Positions 49,331 to 61,784 of a stretch of 64,000 nt of DNA are shown piece by piece. Both the position numbers and the translations under genes were made by a program. The notes beneath the pieces are model-generated. The model had not been told where the DNA came from, did not search any database, and was given only the letters and a program-made list of their open reading frames with translations. Numbering within the stretch: the stretch's first letter is position 1; each line of letters starts with the position of its first letter. The stretch is from Stegostoma tigrinum (lineage: Eukaryota), in the NCBI RefSeq assembly GCF_030684315.1, contig NC_081387.1, positions 11,820,867-11,884,866 of the forward strand, read 5' to 3'.

Positions 49331-51949
49331 TCTATCCATCTATGATTCTCAATGCCACTAGAACTGTTGATTTTCTCCAGCACTATCTGTTTTTGGCCCC
49401 TTGTTAACGTCTCTGCCGTAAGGGGGCACATTTTCTCAGCATCGCCCTACATGTTCCCTCAGGACGTTGTAAGCTTCATTAAGTTTACCTCTCAGTCTCC
49501 AAAACTCCAAAGAATACAGAGACAAGCTGTCAAATATTTCTTCGTAAAGTAACCTCCCATTCAAGGTATCAGTAAAGCGAAACAGTTCTCAAATAACAGC
49601 CAACGCATTGATATCCTTTACCGATGAGGACATCAAAATTTTACACAGTCCTCCAGAAGGGGTCGCCCCAATATCACATGCAACCATAGCAAACCAACGC
49701 TACACGTATGTTCCATTAAATCACTTAATATGATGCTCGTTTAATGGCCCTGTACAACATTAATATTTACATCCACAATACGAATGCTAGTTACCTAACA
49801 GAGAGATAAATGTATGGGCATTTTATCCTCATCCAGTCAGTTTTATTAATTTTTTTACAAGTATCAAAGGCTCTTGGAAGAGGATCTTCAGAAACATATG
49901 CATTAGATTTCAAGAACAATCGAAGGTGAAACTTCGGGTGAAGTGCTCTGCTTGACTAGGTCCAGGAAAAATTTGCCTGGAACTCCTCCGTAGTTCAAAC
50001 GTTTGAACTGAAATCCACACCGACCGCAAGAACATTTGTCAGCAACTGGTAATAAAATATATTAATACAATAAATGATGAATAAAAACAAATTTAGGGCT
50101 TGCAGAAAAACAATATTTTATAACGCATATAATGGCAATATGATTTTAGTAGTTTCCAGATGTGGTTAATTCTGCAAACGTATGATGCTAATCCAGTAGT
50201 TGGGCCTCCATCTCTGTTTGAAGCTGATGTTGAATCTGTGCTCAGAAATAGGAATGGCATAACTGAGCCATCACGTGGGTTCATCAGTCATAAGTACCTG
50301 GGATCAATGCGATAAGTTGGAGATGTGCATATTTTGAAAGAGAGCCCTAAATAACCAACTTGAATTTATTTACCCGCACATCTTCTCGCGAATTAGTTTG
50401 TGTTCGGGAGTTGTGTAATTATGCATCTGTTGTCTGACCATAAAAGATATAATTGGCGTATTACTTCATTTAAACACGGGTCCAAAAACTATGAATGGGA
50501 CACTTTACGTAAAATCTAACTTGTGCCTTAAGAATTAAGGAAACTTAAGACTACTACGAGATGAATTCAAAGTTTGAGCTGAAAGAAGAACAGACGATTG
50601 TGATAACAGCAGAGTAAAGGCATTCTGAAGCCAATTGAAGAGCCTCGAGCCTCTTACGGGTGATTTTCGATCACTGAAATATTCTATACCACGAATTCCG
50701 AGGGTCTCTAACGTCTGGAACAAATTTAAAACAAACTGGTTGGAACAGCTTTCGCACTTGAATCCGATGCTGAGCCGACACCAAAAGGTTTGTCACTATT
50801 CGCAATTTTATTAATATTTACACAAATGGGGATAGCGAGGAAAGACGAGTGAAAATAGACTGATTTTCCAGCCCAGATGAAATTCTCCCAATGCTCTATA
50901 AAAGTCACTGAGACAGGGATATGGACGAGCTTTACGCCTGTAATTTTCGCCTGGAACCGTTCCCTTAATCATCGAGGATACAAATTATAATTCCCGAGTT
51001 TTAAGACGATAACGCAGAGCGGAATGACTAAACTCCTTTTATCTTGTGTTTTCGGTAATAGATCAGATGACTGCAGATATTCCCACAGCTTGCTTTACTG
51101 GCGTTGTTTGGTACTGCGAACGAGCTTTGATTTGACTGTGCCAGAGCATTGCGGTGGTGAATAAGTTCGGCTCGCATCTATAATACAGAAGGGCTAATGT
51201 CGGACGCTGCAGTGCGTACGTGCCGTGTGGTTGTGTGGGTGGGCCTGTCAGACTAATGGCTAGAGTGGCAGCAGAAATAGCTCAGCTAGCCGCCCACCAC
51301 TTTCCATCCAAACGGTGGAAATCGAGATGATGGTACCGTTGAAAAATCTCTCCACTTCCATGCTCCATCAAGAGGGCACACCCGGTCAAGCGATGCATTG
51401 CCTTACCTATAGCATTTAATTCTTTTTTTTAAATGAACTCTTACTCTCTGCTGTTTCAACATAGAGACAACCCTGTTTCGGGTGCAAATTTGTATGAATT
51501 TTTGTGTGACATTTCCCTCTTAGTGCTGTCGCACTTTCTCTCATTAAACGTACGCAGGCTTTCCCTGAACGGGAGCAATGCTTACGGTGTATTACAACGC
51601 TGCTGCGAATATCCCTGAAACTTTAGCCTTGTCCGTCCTGTCTGTCAGATGTATTGACCAATCCAGCATCATACAGGCTCTACCAGCCATGGCGTGGACT
51701 ACGAGATCGACAATCAAGCCACCCCTTTAGAAATGCTTTTTGAAAGGAGCGAAAGTCTGTGCAACTGTGGAGATTCGCAATTCAGATGGGAGGCTCGCCT
51801 AAACCTGTCGGTCCCACGTTACAGTATCCGAAGTTTGGACTTAAGACTGGGAAGGGAAATGGGGCCTTTTGTGATTGGGAGCTGACATTTGCTGAAACGG
51901 AGTGCCAGACATTCTTAATCGGAGCAAAATCTACCAGACAGGCACCCGT

Positions 51950-53478
51950 CTGTCTAAAAGAGATACTGAAAGAGGTTACGGGAAAATAACAAATGCACTC
52001 GTAACTAGGTACCAAATTTCACTGGACTCTGGGGAGGTTCCTGCAGTTTGGAAAACAGTCAGCGTGACCCACTGTTTTAAGAAGGAAATAAAGACAAGAA
52101 GCAGGTAACTATAGGCCAGTTAGCTTAACCTCGGTAGTGGGGGAAATGCTTGAATCTATAACTAAGGAAGAATAGTAAGACATCTGGATACAAAATCTCC
52201 CATTGGGAACACCCAGCATGGGCTCATGAAGGGTAGGTCATGTTTAACTGACTTGGAGAAAATCTTTGAGGACATTATTTGCGTAGTGGGCAATGGGGAA
52301 CCTGTGGATGTGGTGTATCTGGATTTCCAGAAGGCATTTGAGAAGATGCCACACCAAAGGCTGCTACATATGATAAAGTTGCATGGCGTTACAGGTAATG
52401 TATTGTCATAGATAGAGGATTGGATGACTAGTAGAAAGCAAAGAGAGGGGGGAAATGGGTGTTTTCTGGTTGGTGGTCAGTGGCTAGTGCTGTGCCTCAG
52501 GGATCAGTGTTGGGACTGCAATTATTTGCAATTTACAGAGATGATTTGGAGTTGGGGATGAAGTGTGGTGTGTCAGAATTTGCAGATGACATGAAGAGGA
52601 GTGGCAGAGCAAAGTGTGCAAAAGACACTGAAAGTCTGCAGAGGGATATAGATAGTCTAAGTGAGTGGGCAAAGGTCTGGCAGATAGAGTACAATGTTGA
52701 CAAGTGTGAGGCCATCCATTTTGGTAGGAATAACCGCAAAATGCATATGTTTCAAATGTGAAAAAAATTGCAGAACACTGCTCTGCAGAGGGACTTGGGT
52801 GTCCTTGTGCATGAGTCACTTAAAGTAGGATTGCAGGTGCAGAAGGTAATTAAACAGGCAAATGGAGTTTTGTCCGCCATTGTTAGAGGGATGGAGTTTA
52901 AAAACAGGGAGGCTATACTGCAACCATATAGGGTCCTGGTGAGGCCACACCTGGAGTACTTGTGCAGTTTTGGTCTCCTTACTTATGAAGCGATATACTT
53001 ACACTGAAGGGGGTGCAGAGGAGATTAACTCGGTTGATTCCAGAGCTGAGAGGGTTGGATTATGAGGAGAATGAGTAGACTGAGATTGTATTCATTGGAA
53101 TTCAGAAGAATGAGGGGAGATCTTATAGAAACACATAAGATTATGAAGGGAAGAGATAATGTGGAAGCAGGGAGGTTATTTTCAGTAGCAGGTGAGACTA
53201 GGTCTAGGGGGCATAGCCTCACAATAAAGGGTTCTTCACCCAAAGGGTTGTGAATCTGTGAATGCCCTGCCCAGTGAAGTGGTTGAAGCTATATCGCTGA
53301 ATGTTTTTAGGGCAAGGCTAGGTAAATAGTTGAACAGTAAAGGAATTAAGGGTTATGGGTGTGCTGGCGGTTAAGTGGAGCTGAGTCTCAAAGATCAGCC
53401 ATGATCTTATCAAATGGCGGGGCAGGCTCGAGGGGCCGGATGGCCTACTCCTGCTCCTAGTTTTTATGTTCTTATGTC
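51950..53478 (+). mobile_element. CR1 LINE, RT domain to 3' end, frameshifted
   Basis: KGRSCLTDL..VDVVYLDFQKAF, VPQGSVLG..FADD, LVRPHLEY, LEFRRMRGDLIET; tail ggcctactcctgctcctagtttttatgttcttatg. Confidence 0.92.
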
Positions 53479-55807
53479 TGTTCGATAAACTTACTTTTGA
53501 AAGAACTTACACTAGAGAAGACAAATAGAATGGTGTTTTTTTTCCCCAAAGGGAATGGTGTTTAATGCTAGGGAGGTTTTGAAAGCACTACACAGCTCAT
53601 TAGTCAGATCACCTCTGGATTACTGTGAAAAGTTTGGTCCCCTTATCTAGGAGAAGATGATCTAGTGCTGGAGGCAGTATAGCAAAGATGAACTAGATTG
53701 ATCATTAGTATGGAAGGATTGACTTATCAGATGAAGATTGAGTCTATTTGGTCTGTACTCATTACATTTTAGAACAATGAATGGCGACCTTATTAAAACA
53801 TCCAAGATTCACTGAGGTCTTGACAGAGTAGAATCATAAAGATTCCTTCCCCTTGTGACAGTGAACAGGCTCTAGCCACATAATTGCAGAGTTATTGAGT
53901 AAAGGTATGGAACTGGAGTTGAGGATTATCAGGTCACCCGTGATCTTATTGGCCTGATGGAAGAAATGGCGATTTCTTCTCTTAAGTCTTGTGGTCTTAT
54001 GTCAGGTGATATAAAATTAAGAATGACTATTTATTAGGGATTAAGTCTTTGTCGGGACGCTGTGAAATGCGTAGATATTTGTACTTATAACTTCAATGTT
54101 TCGTTATCATAGTTTCCTTATCCCTAGAAATCTTTCAAATTTTGTAGACTTTGCAAGTCAAGTTTTCATTGTCAGGGATTTTCAGCAGACAACTTAAATA
54201 AGCCTTAATACTGAATGAATTTCTGCCTGGATACATACACACAACCGCCTAGAATCAGTGATGGTTAAATGTTCTGCTAAGTGATCTCAGAACTTGCTGA
54301 TACTAGTTGGGATCTGGGTTTGTTCTCTGGTATCTATCTGGAGATGGAATGAATTGCATTCACATTTTCCTCACAAGGGAGAGATGAACTCAAAATAATT
54401 CTCTATTCCTCGCATGTATTAAAACAACTAGTCTCCATGTAAATGCCTTCAGTTAATGAATGAAAGGATTGTTAGTTCAGTTAACTAAACCTGTACCAAA
54501 ACATTCAACATGACCAGGAACATGCAGTTTGACTTTTCAAATTCTGAAGTTCTTTTTGCACATTATGTTAGGTATCTTATATTGTGGATGTTGATAACTG
54601 CATCTGTGTTACTGAAGCATAGCAATTTGCACTTTTAAAAAAAGAACCATCGTTTGCAGTTGAGTACACTTCTTGCTGTTAGGATACACAATTGACGACT
54701 CTTAAGCGTAGCCGGTCTGATTGAAAGTGAGATATAAATACTTATCCAAAAATAAACCCTTATCTGATGGTTACGTGCACATCTCTGCAGTCCCACATAA
54801 TTTTCACATTAAAAACAGTCCACAAAACTGATCAAATACTGAAATGACAAGGACACCTTTTTTTTTCAAATTGCTGCAGTAAATCTGAAGATATATGAAA
54901 CGAAAGAAGTTAAACAAAACTTAAAATATTCCTGCACAAAATCCAATAAGAAGGGTCACTTCCTGCAGTTTCTCACATCTGAAATATTTGTACCGATTCC
55001 TTAAAGAGAGAACCATGCATCGATGTGCTTGCAAAAATGGCAAAAAAGGCGTCTTGTTTCCCACATTAATATTTCGATTTTCTCCCTTTAATCAAATTTA
55101 ACCCTAATCCTAACTAAACTCATTTTGGAAAACATGCTTTAAGTCATAGGGCTCTACAGCACAAAAGGCTTGGTTTGCAGTTTACTGGCTTATCCCAGTG
55201 GGATAGTGGATGTAACATAATGTTTGAAGCCGAGTGACAATGGGTTTGTGATGATGAAACAGAACAAATGAGCTTTCCAAGTTCCACGTCAGAAGATTCC
55301 CTGGCGCACGTGGATAACAACAGAGGCAGATATCCTTGATTTTCAATTCTTTGTTCCGAATTGCCAGGGACAGCAAGTTCTCCTGTTCTTTTGGAAATAT
55401 GTCTGAACGCAATTTCCTTACCTGTCAGGAAGTCTAATTTCCAGTCTCACGATCTGGGTACTCTTTGATAAACCATTATTCTAGAGTGGTTGTTGACATG
55501 AAGCAAATGGGTTGCAAGCACTCGAAGCTCTGAGGTCCCACGAGTCCACATTATTGCATGATTGTCATCAATAGGTTTCTTTCAATCTATATTTCAGGAA
55601 CTGTCAAGGACGAATATATGAAAACCTCAAACCAGTGGAAACAGCGGCCAAGCTGAACCCTCGCTGCACTAGGAGGTGAAAAAAAAATTTTGAGTAACAT
55701 TTTCCATTGTGTCACATGCTGTCGGTGTCATTAAGTGTTGTAATGTTCTCTCACCAGTACCGTGATCAATCTGTATTCAATACCATTCCATTCGCACAGC
55801 GGCAAGA

Positions 55808-55850
55808 ATGGGTTCCGGCGCTGCGTTCTGTATTCTTAGCCTTGGCTTTG
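55808..55850 (+). CDS. NCR3: Gene 2 (NKp30/NCR3-like) leader exon: MGSGAAFCILSLGF
   Basis: Acceptor ccattcgcacag| at 55799/55800, ATG at 55808, 14 codons + G as in gene 1, donor TTG|GTAAGG; candidate UTR exon at 55598-55675. Confidence 0.8.
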
Positions 55851-57116
55851 GTAAGGAGTCTAATTAATGCACTTACTGGAATTAAATGGGACGCCAGGCA
55901 AACGTTGAAATGTATGAGACTTGTATTTGTCGTGGCATGGAACATGTCATATTAGCAATTTATCACTAGGTATGCTTTTACTTAGTTAGTTATGCTATTT
56001 TATTAAAGGTGGCTGGTGAATGACTGACCAAGCGTTCATTAATTTTAATGCATGGGTTCACAGATCAACTCCATTCGCCTTCACTAAATCTCTACTCTAA
56101 AGCATATACGAGCTGGGAATCATGGGAAGTAAAAAAAATTATTTCGCTACTTTATTTCAGTTTCTTAACCAACAGTTCCCCACTGGTGATAGCATCCATA
56201 TAAGAAAAAGTACCTCAGCAATGTTGTTAATGTCTGGATCTATGGCACAGCTTGAGACTTCACGTCAAGCCAAGTGTGTTTCTGCTTTAAATATTGAACT
56301 AAACAGCATGCCATGAAATATGTCAAAAAAGAAACAGAGCAACGTTTATCACAGCTTTTTCAAAATGTGGTAAAATGCTTGCCAGATCATTGGGATGTGG
56401 AGGTAGGGAGAGCCAAAATCTCTTGATACATTTGGAAGCAAAACGAATTACAAGGATATTAAAACAGGTGAGATATAGTCTTAGTAGTTTAAAATCAGTT
56501 CTTTACAGTCGTGATTTAGCACTAAATCTTATCTTGAAAGTTGACATTTGGCTTAATTTCTGTCAATTGCGTGCAGTTAACTCTGGGATCACGGGAAGTA
56601 AAGAACAGTGATTAATGTTTTACTATCTTTGTAATTGGTGCGCTTTCAAAAATATATGACTGTAACATCAGCGATATCATCACGCAGTTTGATATTGTCA
56701 CCTAGCGAAAATGTGCTGTTGCTCTGGTTTTGCAATGGAAGGATTGCACAGAATACCGTATACATTTAAAATTCATGATCCAATGTTCGATAAAACTGGA
56801 CGACCTCAAAGATTAATATCTCCGAAAATGAATTAGCTCAATGCCGCGACTATCCTCCATCATCTTCATCAAAGTAATTACATCTTATTTCTAAACCGAT
56901 CACAAAACGGTAAAGTCGTTGAATTAAATTTCCCATAGTGGGAGAGCTAATCACTTCATTTTGGTGTGTGAATGTCTGCACAAACTTTAGACAAATGCAC
57001 GTGACCGTTCCGTCGTTTGAATTCCAATAATTGATTTTAGCGAGAATATTTCATGCAGACCCCACAACGTCGCACGTGTCTTACTTCAGAGTGAAACGTT
57101 GCTTGTTCTTTTACAG

Positions 57117-57455
57117 CAGTGACTGCTGAGAACATCAAAGTTCTTCAAAGCCCGGCATTTGTTAATGTAACCGAGGGGGCGACGGCCGTTATGCACTGTG
57201 CTTACGAAGGATCTAGTGGGCCGAGTGCATTCAGGTGGTTCAGGGACTATGCAAATGGAGCCGAACTTGGTAACAGCACAGCACAGTACAGAGGCCGGGT
57301 CATTGGGCCAATCAGGGAAAAAATCGACGGAAGGACGGGCTCCTGGATTCAACTAACAAAGGTGACATTGAGCGATGAGGCGACCTATTATTGCAAGGTG
57401 GAGTTTGTCTTAAGCGGTGAACATTATGGCCCAGGAACAACGCTTAGTGTGACAG
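57117..57455 (+). CDS. NCR3: Gene 2 IgV exon (NKp30-like, germline-joined VJ-type)
   Basis: ttcttttacag|CAG (NAGNAG) ... CAG|GTGAGC; 339 nt, phase 1-1: AVTAENIKVLQSPAFVNVTEGATAVMHCAYEGSSGPSAFRWFRDYANGAELGNSTAQYRGRVIGPIREKIDGRTGSWIQLTKVTLSDEATYYCKVEFVLSGEHYGPGTTLSVT. Orthology not tested. Confidence 0.9.
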
Positions 57456-57779
57456 GTGAGCCTGCAATACGCTGCTAACTTGAACAATGAAGGAGCAAAA
57501 CTACAGAATTGAGGAATCTTTTAGTTCACATCTCCTGTCAGTTGTCAATCTTATAATAGTAAAGGTCCTACAGACACAACTTCGCAAGTTAAGGCATTAG
57601 AAAACCGGATATTACAAACGCTGAGATATACTCCGCTTACTTATCCCACTATATTTCTTGAATGATGTTCAATAACCCAATAGCTAGAATAATTATTTTG
57701 ATTATAACTTCGATTTAGAGGATGCAAGGAACATTGCACCAACAGCTGTAGATTAGGAAGTAGAAAAGGGGGAGAAGCT

Positions 57780-58480
57780 TTTCAAGTTACAATCAGCAGG
57801 GAAGCGAGCTGACACGTCCCCAGGTCCTGATCGCACTCTCATACCTTCTTAAAAGAAATGGTCACTTCGACTGTAGGTGAATTGATGCTGGCTTTCCGAA
57901 GTTCGCTGAATTCTGGGAAGCTTTTTCGAGGAAAGATTTAGACAAATCGAGTCAAGAGGGAGAGAAGCAGCGATCCCAAAGTTATAAGCCAGTACACTAG
58001 TCACATGTCGCTAGTAATTGATCAGCAATATCAGTTTTAGCTGAGAATTTAGGAACGCTCAAAGTCGTTGGGAAGTGTCAGTGCGGTGTTTTGGAAAGGT
58101 TTAATAGTTTACACGAGTTCGATGGATAAACTGCACTAGGATTTCCAGAAGGCATTTTACAAGGTAACAAGTCCTTGTAGAAAATATAAGTCAGGACTAC
58201 AATGTTAGTACGGATAGACATTGGCTCGCTGGCTGTTAGAATAATTCCGTTTTGTTTGCTAAACTGTGACTACCGGCGTCCGACAAATGTCTGTTCTGGG
58301 GCCGATCTTTTTCCACTTTATATCAATAACATGAATGAGCCGACCGAAAGCAGACGACTTTACTGACAGATTACTCAGAAATCTGGCAGATGGAGTTCAA
58401 TGAGGGGAACAAGTCAATACAACAGTCTTCGCCTTACCTAAATGGCAAACAAATGTAACGTTTATAAGCGGAAATAAATC
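57780..58480 (+). mobile_element. Highly degenerate CR1 LINE internal fragment
   Basis: gctgacacgtccccaggtcctgat, ggatttccagaaggcatttt and tctgttctggggccg resemble the RT region of the 51950-53478 copy. Confidence 0.55.
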
Positions 58481-59150
58481 TAATGCAGGAATCACAAGAG
58501 TTAGCGTGCAGTACAGAAAGTAACGAAAGCAGAGATTGTTGAAGAAACTCAGCAGGCCTGGCAGCATCTGGGACAGAGAAATAGAGCTAACATTTCGAGT
58601 CTAATGACCCTTCGTCAGAAATTAATTCAGTTGACTAAAGCAATGCCATCTCTTATGGCCTTATCTTCATTATCAAGTGTTAAGCGGAGCATATAGGAGA
58701 ACGGGTTTGAGGAACTCCTCAGCCACGATTGAATGGTGGAACAGACTCGATGGGCCGAATGGCCTAATTTCTGCTCCTATGTCTCATGGATTTCTGGTCT
58801 GATGGTCTTTTAATGCGATAAAATCGATAATAAAAGTAGGTACGTTATGCATCCGAGATAGTAGGAACTGCCAGTGGTGGTGAATGGAGGTCCAGACTCG
58901 AAACGTCTGCTTTCCTGCTCCTCTGATGCTGCCTGGCCTGCTGTGTTCATCCAGCTCTACCCGGTATGAATCACTTATATTGGTGAGACTATATCTTCAA
59001 TGTTGAGTAAACTCCCCTCCCAATTGCAATACAAAATATCTAAAAACGCCTGAAATGCAACCCATATCTAATATGCCAACTCTGATTCATGAATACCCTT
59101 TAGGGAAGGAAACGTCCATCCTTACTTGATCTGACCCACATGTGACTCCA

Positions 59151-59703
59151 TAGAACATAGAACAGTACAGCACAGTACAGGCCCTTCGGCCCTCGATGTT
59201 GCGCCGACCTGTCATACCGATCTGAAGCCCATCTAACCTACACTATTCCATGTACGTCCATATGCTTGTCCAATGACGACTTAAATGTACCTAAAGTTGG
59301 CGAATCTACTACCATTGCAGGCAAAGCGTTCCATTCCCTTACTACTCTCTGAGTAAAGAAACTACCTCTGACATCTGTCCTATATCTTTCATCCCTCAAT
59401 TTAAAGCTATGCCCCCTCGTGCTCGCCATCACCATCCTAGGAAAAAGGCTCTCCCTCTCCACCCTATCTAACCCTCTGATTATCTTATATGTTTCAATTA
59501 AGTCACCTCTCAACCTTCTTCTCTCTAACGAAAACAGCCTCAAGTCCCTCAGCCTTTCCTCGTAAGACCTTCCCTCCATTCCAGGCAACATCCTAGTAAA
59601 TCTCCTCTGCACCCTTTCCAAAGCTTCCACATCCTTCTTATAATGCGGTGACCAGAACTGTACGCAATACTCCAAGTGCGGCCGCACCAGAGTTTTGTAC
59701 AGT
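59151..59703 (-). mobile_element. Young 5'-truncated CR1 LINE inserted into a Deu-type SINE, 6-bp TSD
   Basis: Uninterrupted LYKTLVRPHLEYCVQFWSPHYKKDVEALERVQRRFTRMLPG...; ACTCCA at 59145-59150 and 59704-59709 splits the SINE motif catgtgactccagactcacagca. Confidence 0.9.
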
Positions 59704-60209
59704 ACTCCAGACTCACAGCACGTGCTGAGATCTGAACAGTCCTGCGGGCAAGAGATGTGCATAAATGCTAGTCCAGCCAGAGGCGCACATCCTGTGAGTG
59801 AATGAAAAAAAAATGCGTTTTGTTCTGCAGAATACTGCCCAGTAATCCACCCGTACCAATGCAATCAGTTTAGAGAAGTTCAACACTGAAGGGTATAACT
59901 TCTAGGTCAGAGGAGAAGGATTTGAAAGAGACCTGAGTGGCAACGTTTTCATACGGTTCGTTTGTGGAATGTGCTGCCAGCGAAGGTGACGTATGCAGGT
60001 GCAGTTACAACATTAAAAGTCGTTTGAATAGGTGCATGAATAGGGAAGGTTTAGAGGGAAATGGGCCAAACACAGGCAGTCAGTCTCGTTTGGTATGGGA
60101 AACTGGTTCGCTTAGGCGAGTTGTACTAACGGGTGTGTTTCTGTACTCTCTGACTCTATGAAAGCCGGCTAGGATAAACATATCAATGACATTTGTGTCC
60201 TTCCGACAG

Positions 60210-60338
60210 CGAGGAGCAGAAATCACGCATCGATCAGTTCCAAGGGTAGACGGACAGTCCTGGGTATTACAGCCGCGGGATTTCTACTGACCGTATTCTT
60301 ATTGATAATCGCTGTCATCTACCGATACAAAAGGAAAG
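60210..60338 (+). CDS. NCR3: Gene 2 stalk + transmembrane exon: (A)RSRNHASISSKGRR-TVLGITAAGFLLTVFLLIIAVIY-RYKRK
   Basis: tgtgtccttccgacag| ... AAG|GTGCGC; 129 nt, phase 1-1; uncharged 23-aa helix then RYKRK; TVL..AGF echoes the human NKp30 TM (TVLLLRAGF) without the Arg. Confidence 0.85.
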
Positions 60339-60575
60339 GTGCGCATCGCTTCATTACATAATCTCAATCCTTCAACACTGCTCGTCATGTCGCTTACATT
60401 TCCATGCATCAGTGCTAGGATGTTACGTTATGTGTTTGGAATGCCCAGCTCTCCGACGTTGGAAATTCCACAATTACAGATTGGGAACGTAAAGAGGGTT
60501 TCCTGGGGTGGGTTTTATTTTAGTTCTGATTATAGATGGCAACGTTTAAAACCTGTAATGCCCTCAGTGTTTCAG

Positions 60576-60620
60576 AAAGGGAAGTGAAATTGGAGGGGGA
60601 AACGCAGAAACGCAGCAAAT
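60576..60620 (+). CDS. Gene 2 candidate cytoplasmic exon: (E)REVKLEGETQKRSK
   Basis: cagtgtttcag| ... AAT|GTGAGA, phase 1-1; an alternative donor exists at 60718. Confidence 0.45.
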
Positions 60621-60750
60621 GTGAGAAGCAGTGGGCCACTCAACATCATGCTGCAGCTTTCAAACGATCCTGGTTGATTCTCCTTCTCAGCGCCACGCTC
60701 ACGCTTTTTGCCCGCCCAGTAAGTGAAAATTGTTTGTCCCCTCATCTCAG

Positions 60751-60783
60751 CCTGTAAACTGAGACTGCGAGCCCTTGTTCCAG
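60751..60783 (+). CDS. Gene 2 candidate cytoplasmic exon: (S)CKLRLRALVP
   Basis: tcccctcatctcag| ... CAG|GTACCA, phase 1-1; competes with a candidate at 60691-60718 only 32 nt away. Confidence 0.35.
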
Positions 60784-61384
60784 GTACCATTGTTGTTTGA
60801 TTTTTGAAAAAAAATTCTTTTTCTCACAATTTTGGGGATCCATTTCGAATTCTCAACTCCAATTAACAACGAAAACTAGTTTTAACTACTCGCCTTAATT
60901 CAGCTGCATGTTTTCGTCCCTGCTGACTTAATTGTGCCCATACCCTGCGTCTCACGGCATCTTCCTAACTCAATGTTCAAATCAAATCACTTCTCCTTTC
61001 CAACTCGGTAAACGTTTTATGATTAATCTATTGCTACAAAAATAAAACTGAAGCATGAATGGATAGGATTCTTTGTTTTACAGCACTGTTTAATTATGTT
61101 TTACTGAACTGAATGCAAAAATCGGCCAAATGTTTCCTTTGTTTTCTCTTCCCGCCATGAAAATTACCTCGGACTTGTATCTATATTGCAGTTGTATTTT
61201 TTATTGTGTGGTAACACACGTATGTAATAGGACAGTTATGGTGGGTTATAGACAAGATGACTTAAAGTCACAATTTGGGAGTAAGGGAATTATATGTCGG
61301 AAGCGAGTTTGGAAATGTTGAGCTGCGATTTCAAGTCATTTACATTTCTGATGTTTTGCTTTTTTCTCCCTCCACATCGTGCAG

Positions 61385-61425
61385 AGAAATTCCACAGAAG
61401 ACCGTTGTGCAGAATTGAAGATCAG
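61385..61425 (+). CDS. Gene 2 cytoplasmic exon (EKFHRRPLCRIEDQ in phase 1; RNSTEDRCAELKI in phase 0)
   Basis: Strong acceptor ttttttctccctccacatcgtgcag| and donor CAG|GTACGT; frame ambiguous. Confidence 0.55.
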
Positions 61426-61784
61426 GTACGTAGCATTCCAGAATAACTGAGCTTGGTTATATCACTACAGCACTGTGGTACCTGTTAGCTTTGTTGATGT
61501 CTATAACCTGCAAAACCAAAATGAATCTTCAAACATTGGATCGAGTATTCATAGATTTATTAAGCAGGGAGCAGGCGTAAAACTCGACAGTGAGTAGATA
61601 ATAACTGCAGTCACACGGCGATTGAAACACAACACGGTTCTGAACTGCATACTTCATTTTAACATCCTTTCAGACCATATTTCTCGTGAATCATTCATTG
61701 GATGCTCCAGGGGAGCATTAGTTGCCCTTGAGGTGTTGGTGGTGAGCTACATTCTGGAACTTAACGCCGTTATCGGGGTAGAAT

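Noticed and set aside
51401-55424. Minus-strand donor-like sites (AG|GTAAGG at ~51406 and ~55421) suggesting an antisense transcript
   Set aside because: No matching acceptors or ORF could be assembled; such motifs occur by chance.
59238-59864. 208-aa ORF as a host gene
   Set aside because: CR1 ORF2 C-terminus fused by chance to SINE sequence across a TSD.
60536-60757. ORF with KRSWLILLLSATLTLFA as a charged TM for gene 2
   Set aside because: Hydrophobic run is only ~15 aa and coincides with a polypyrimidine tract; a much better TM exon lies at 60210-60338.
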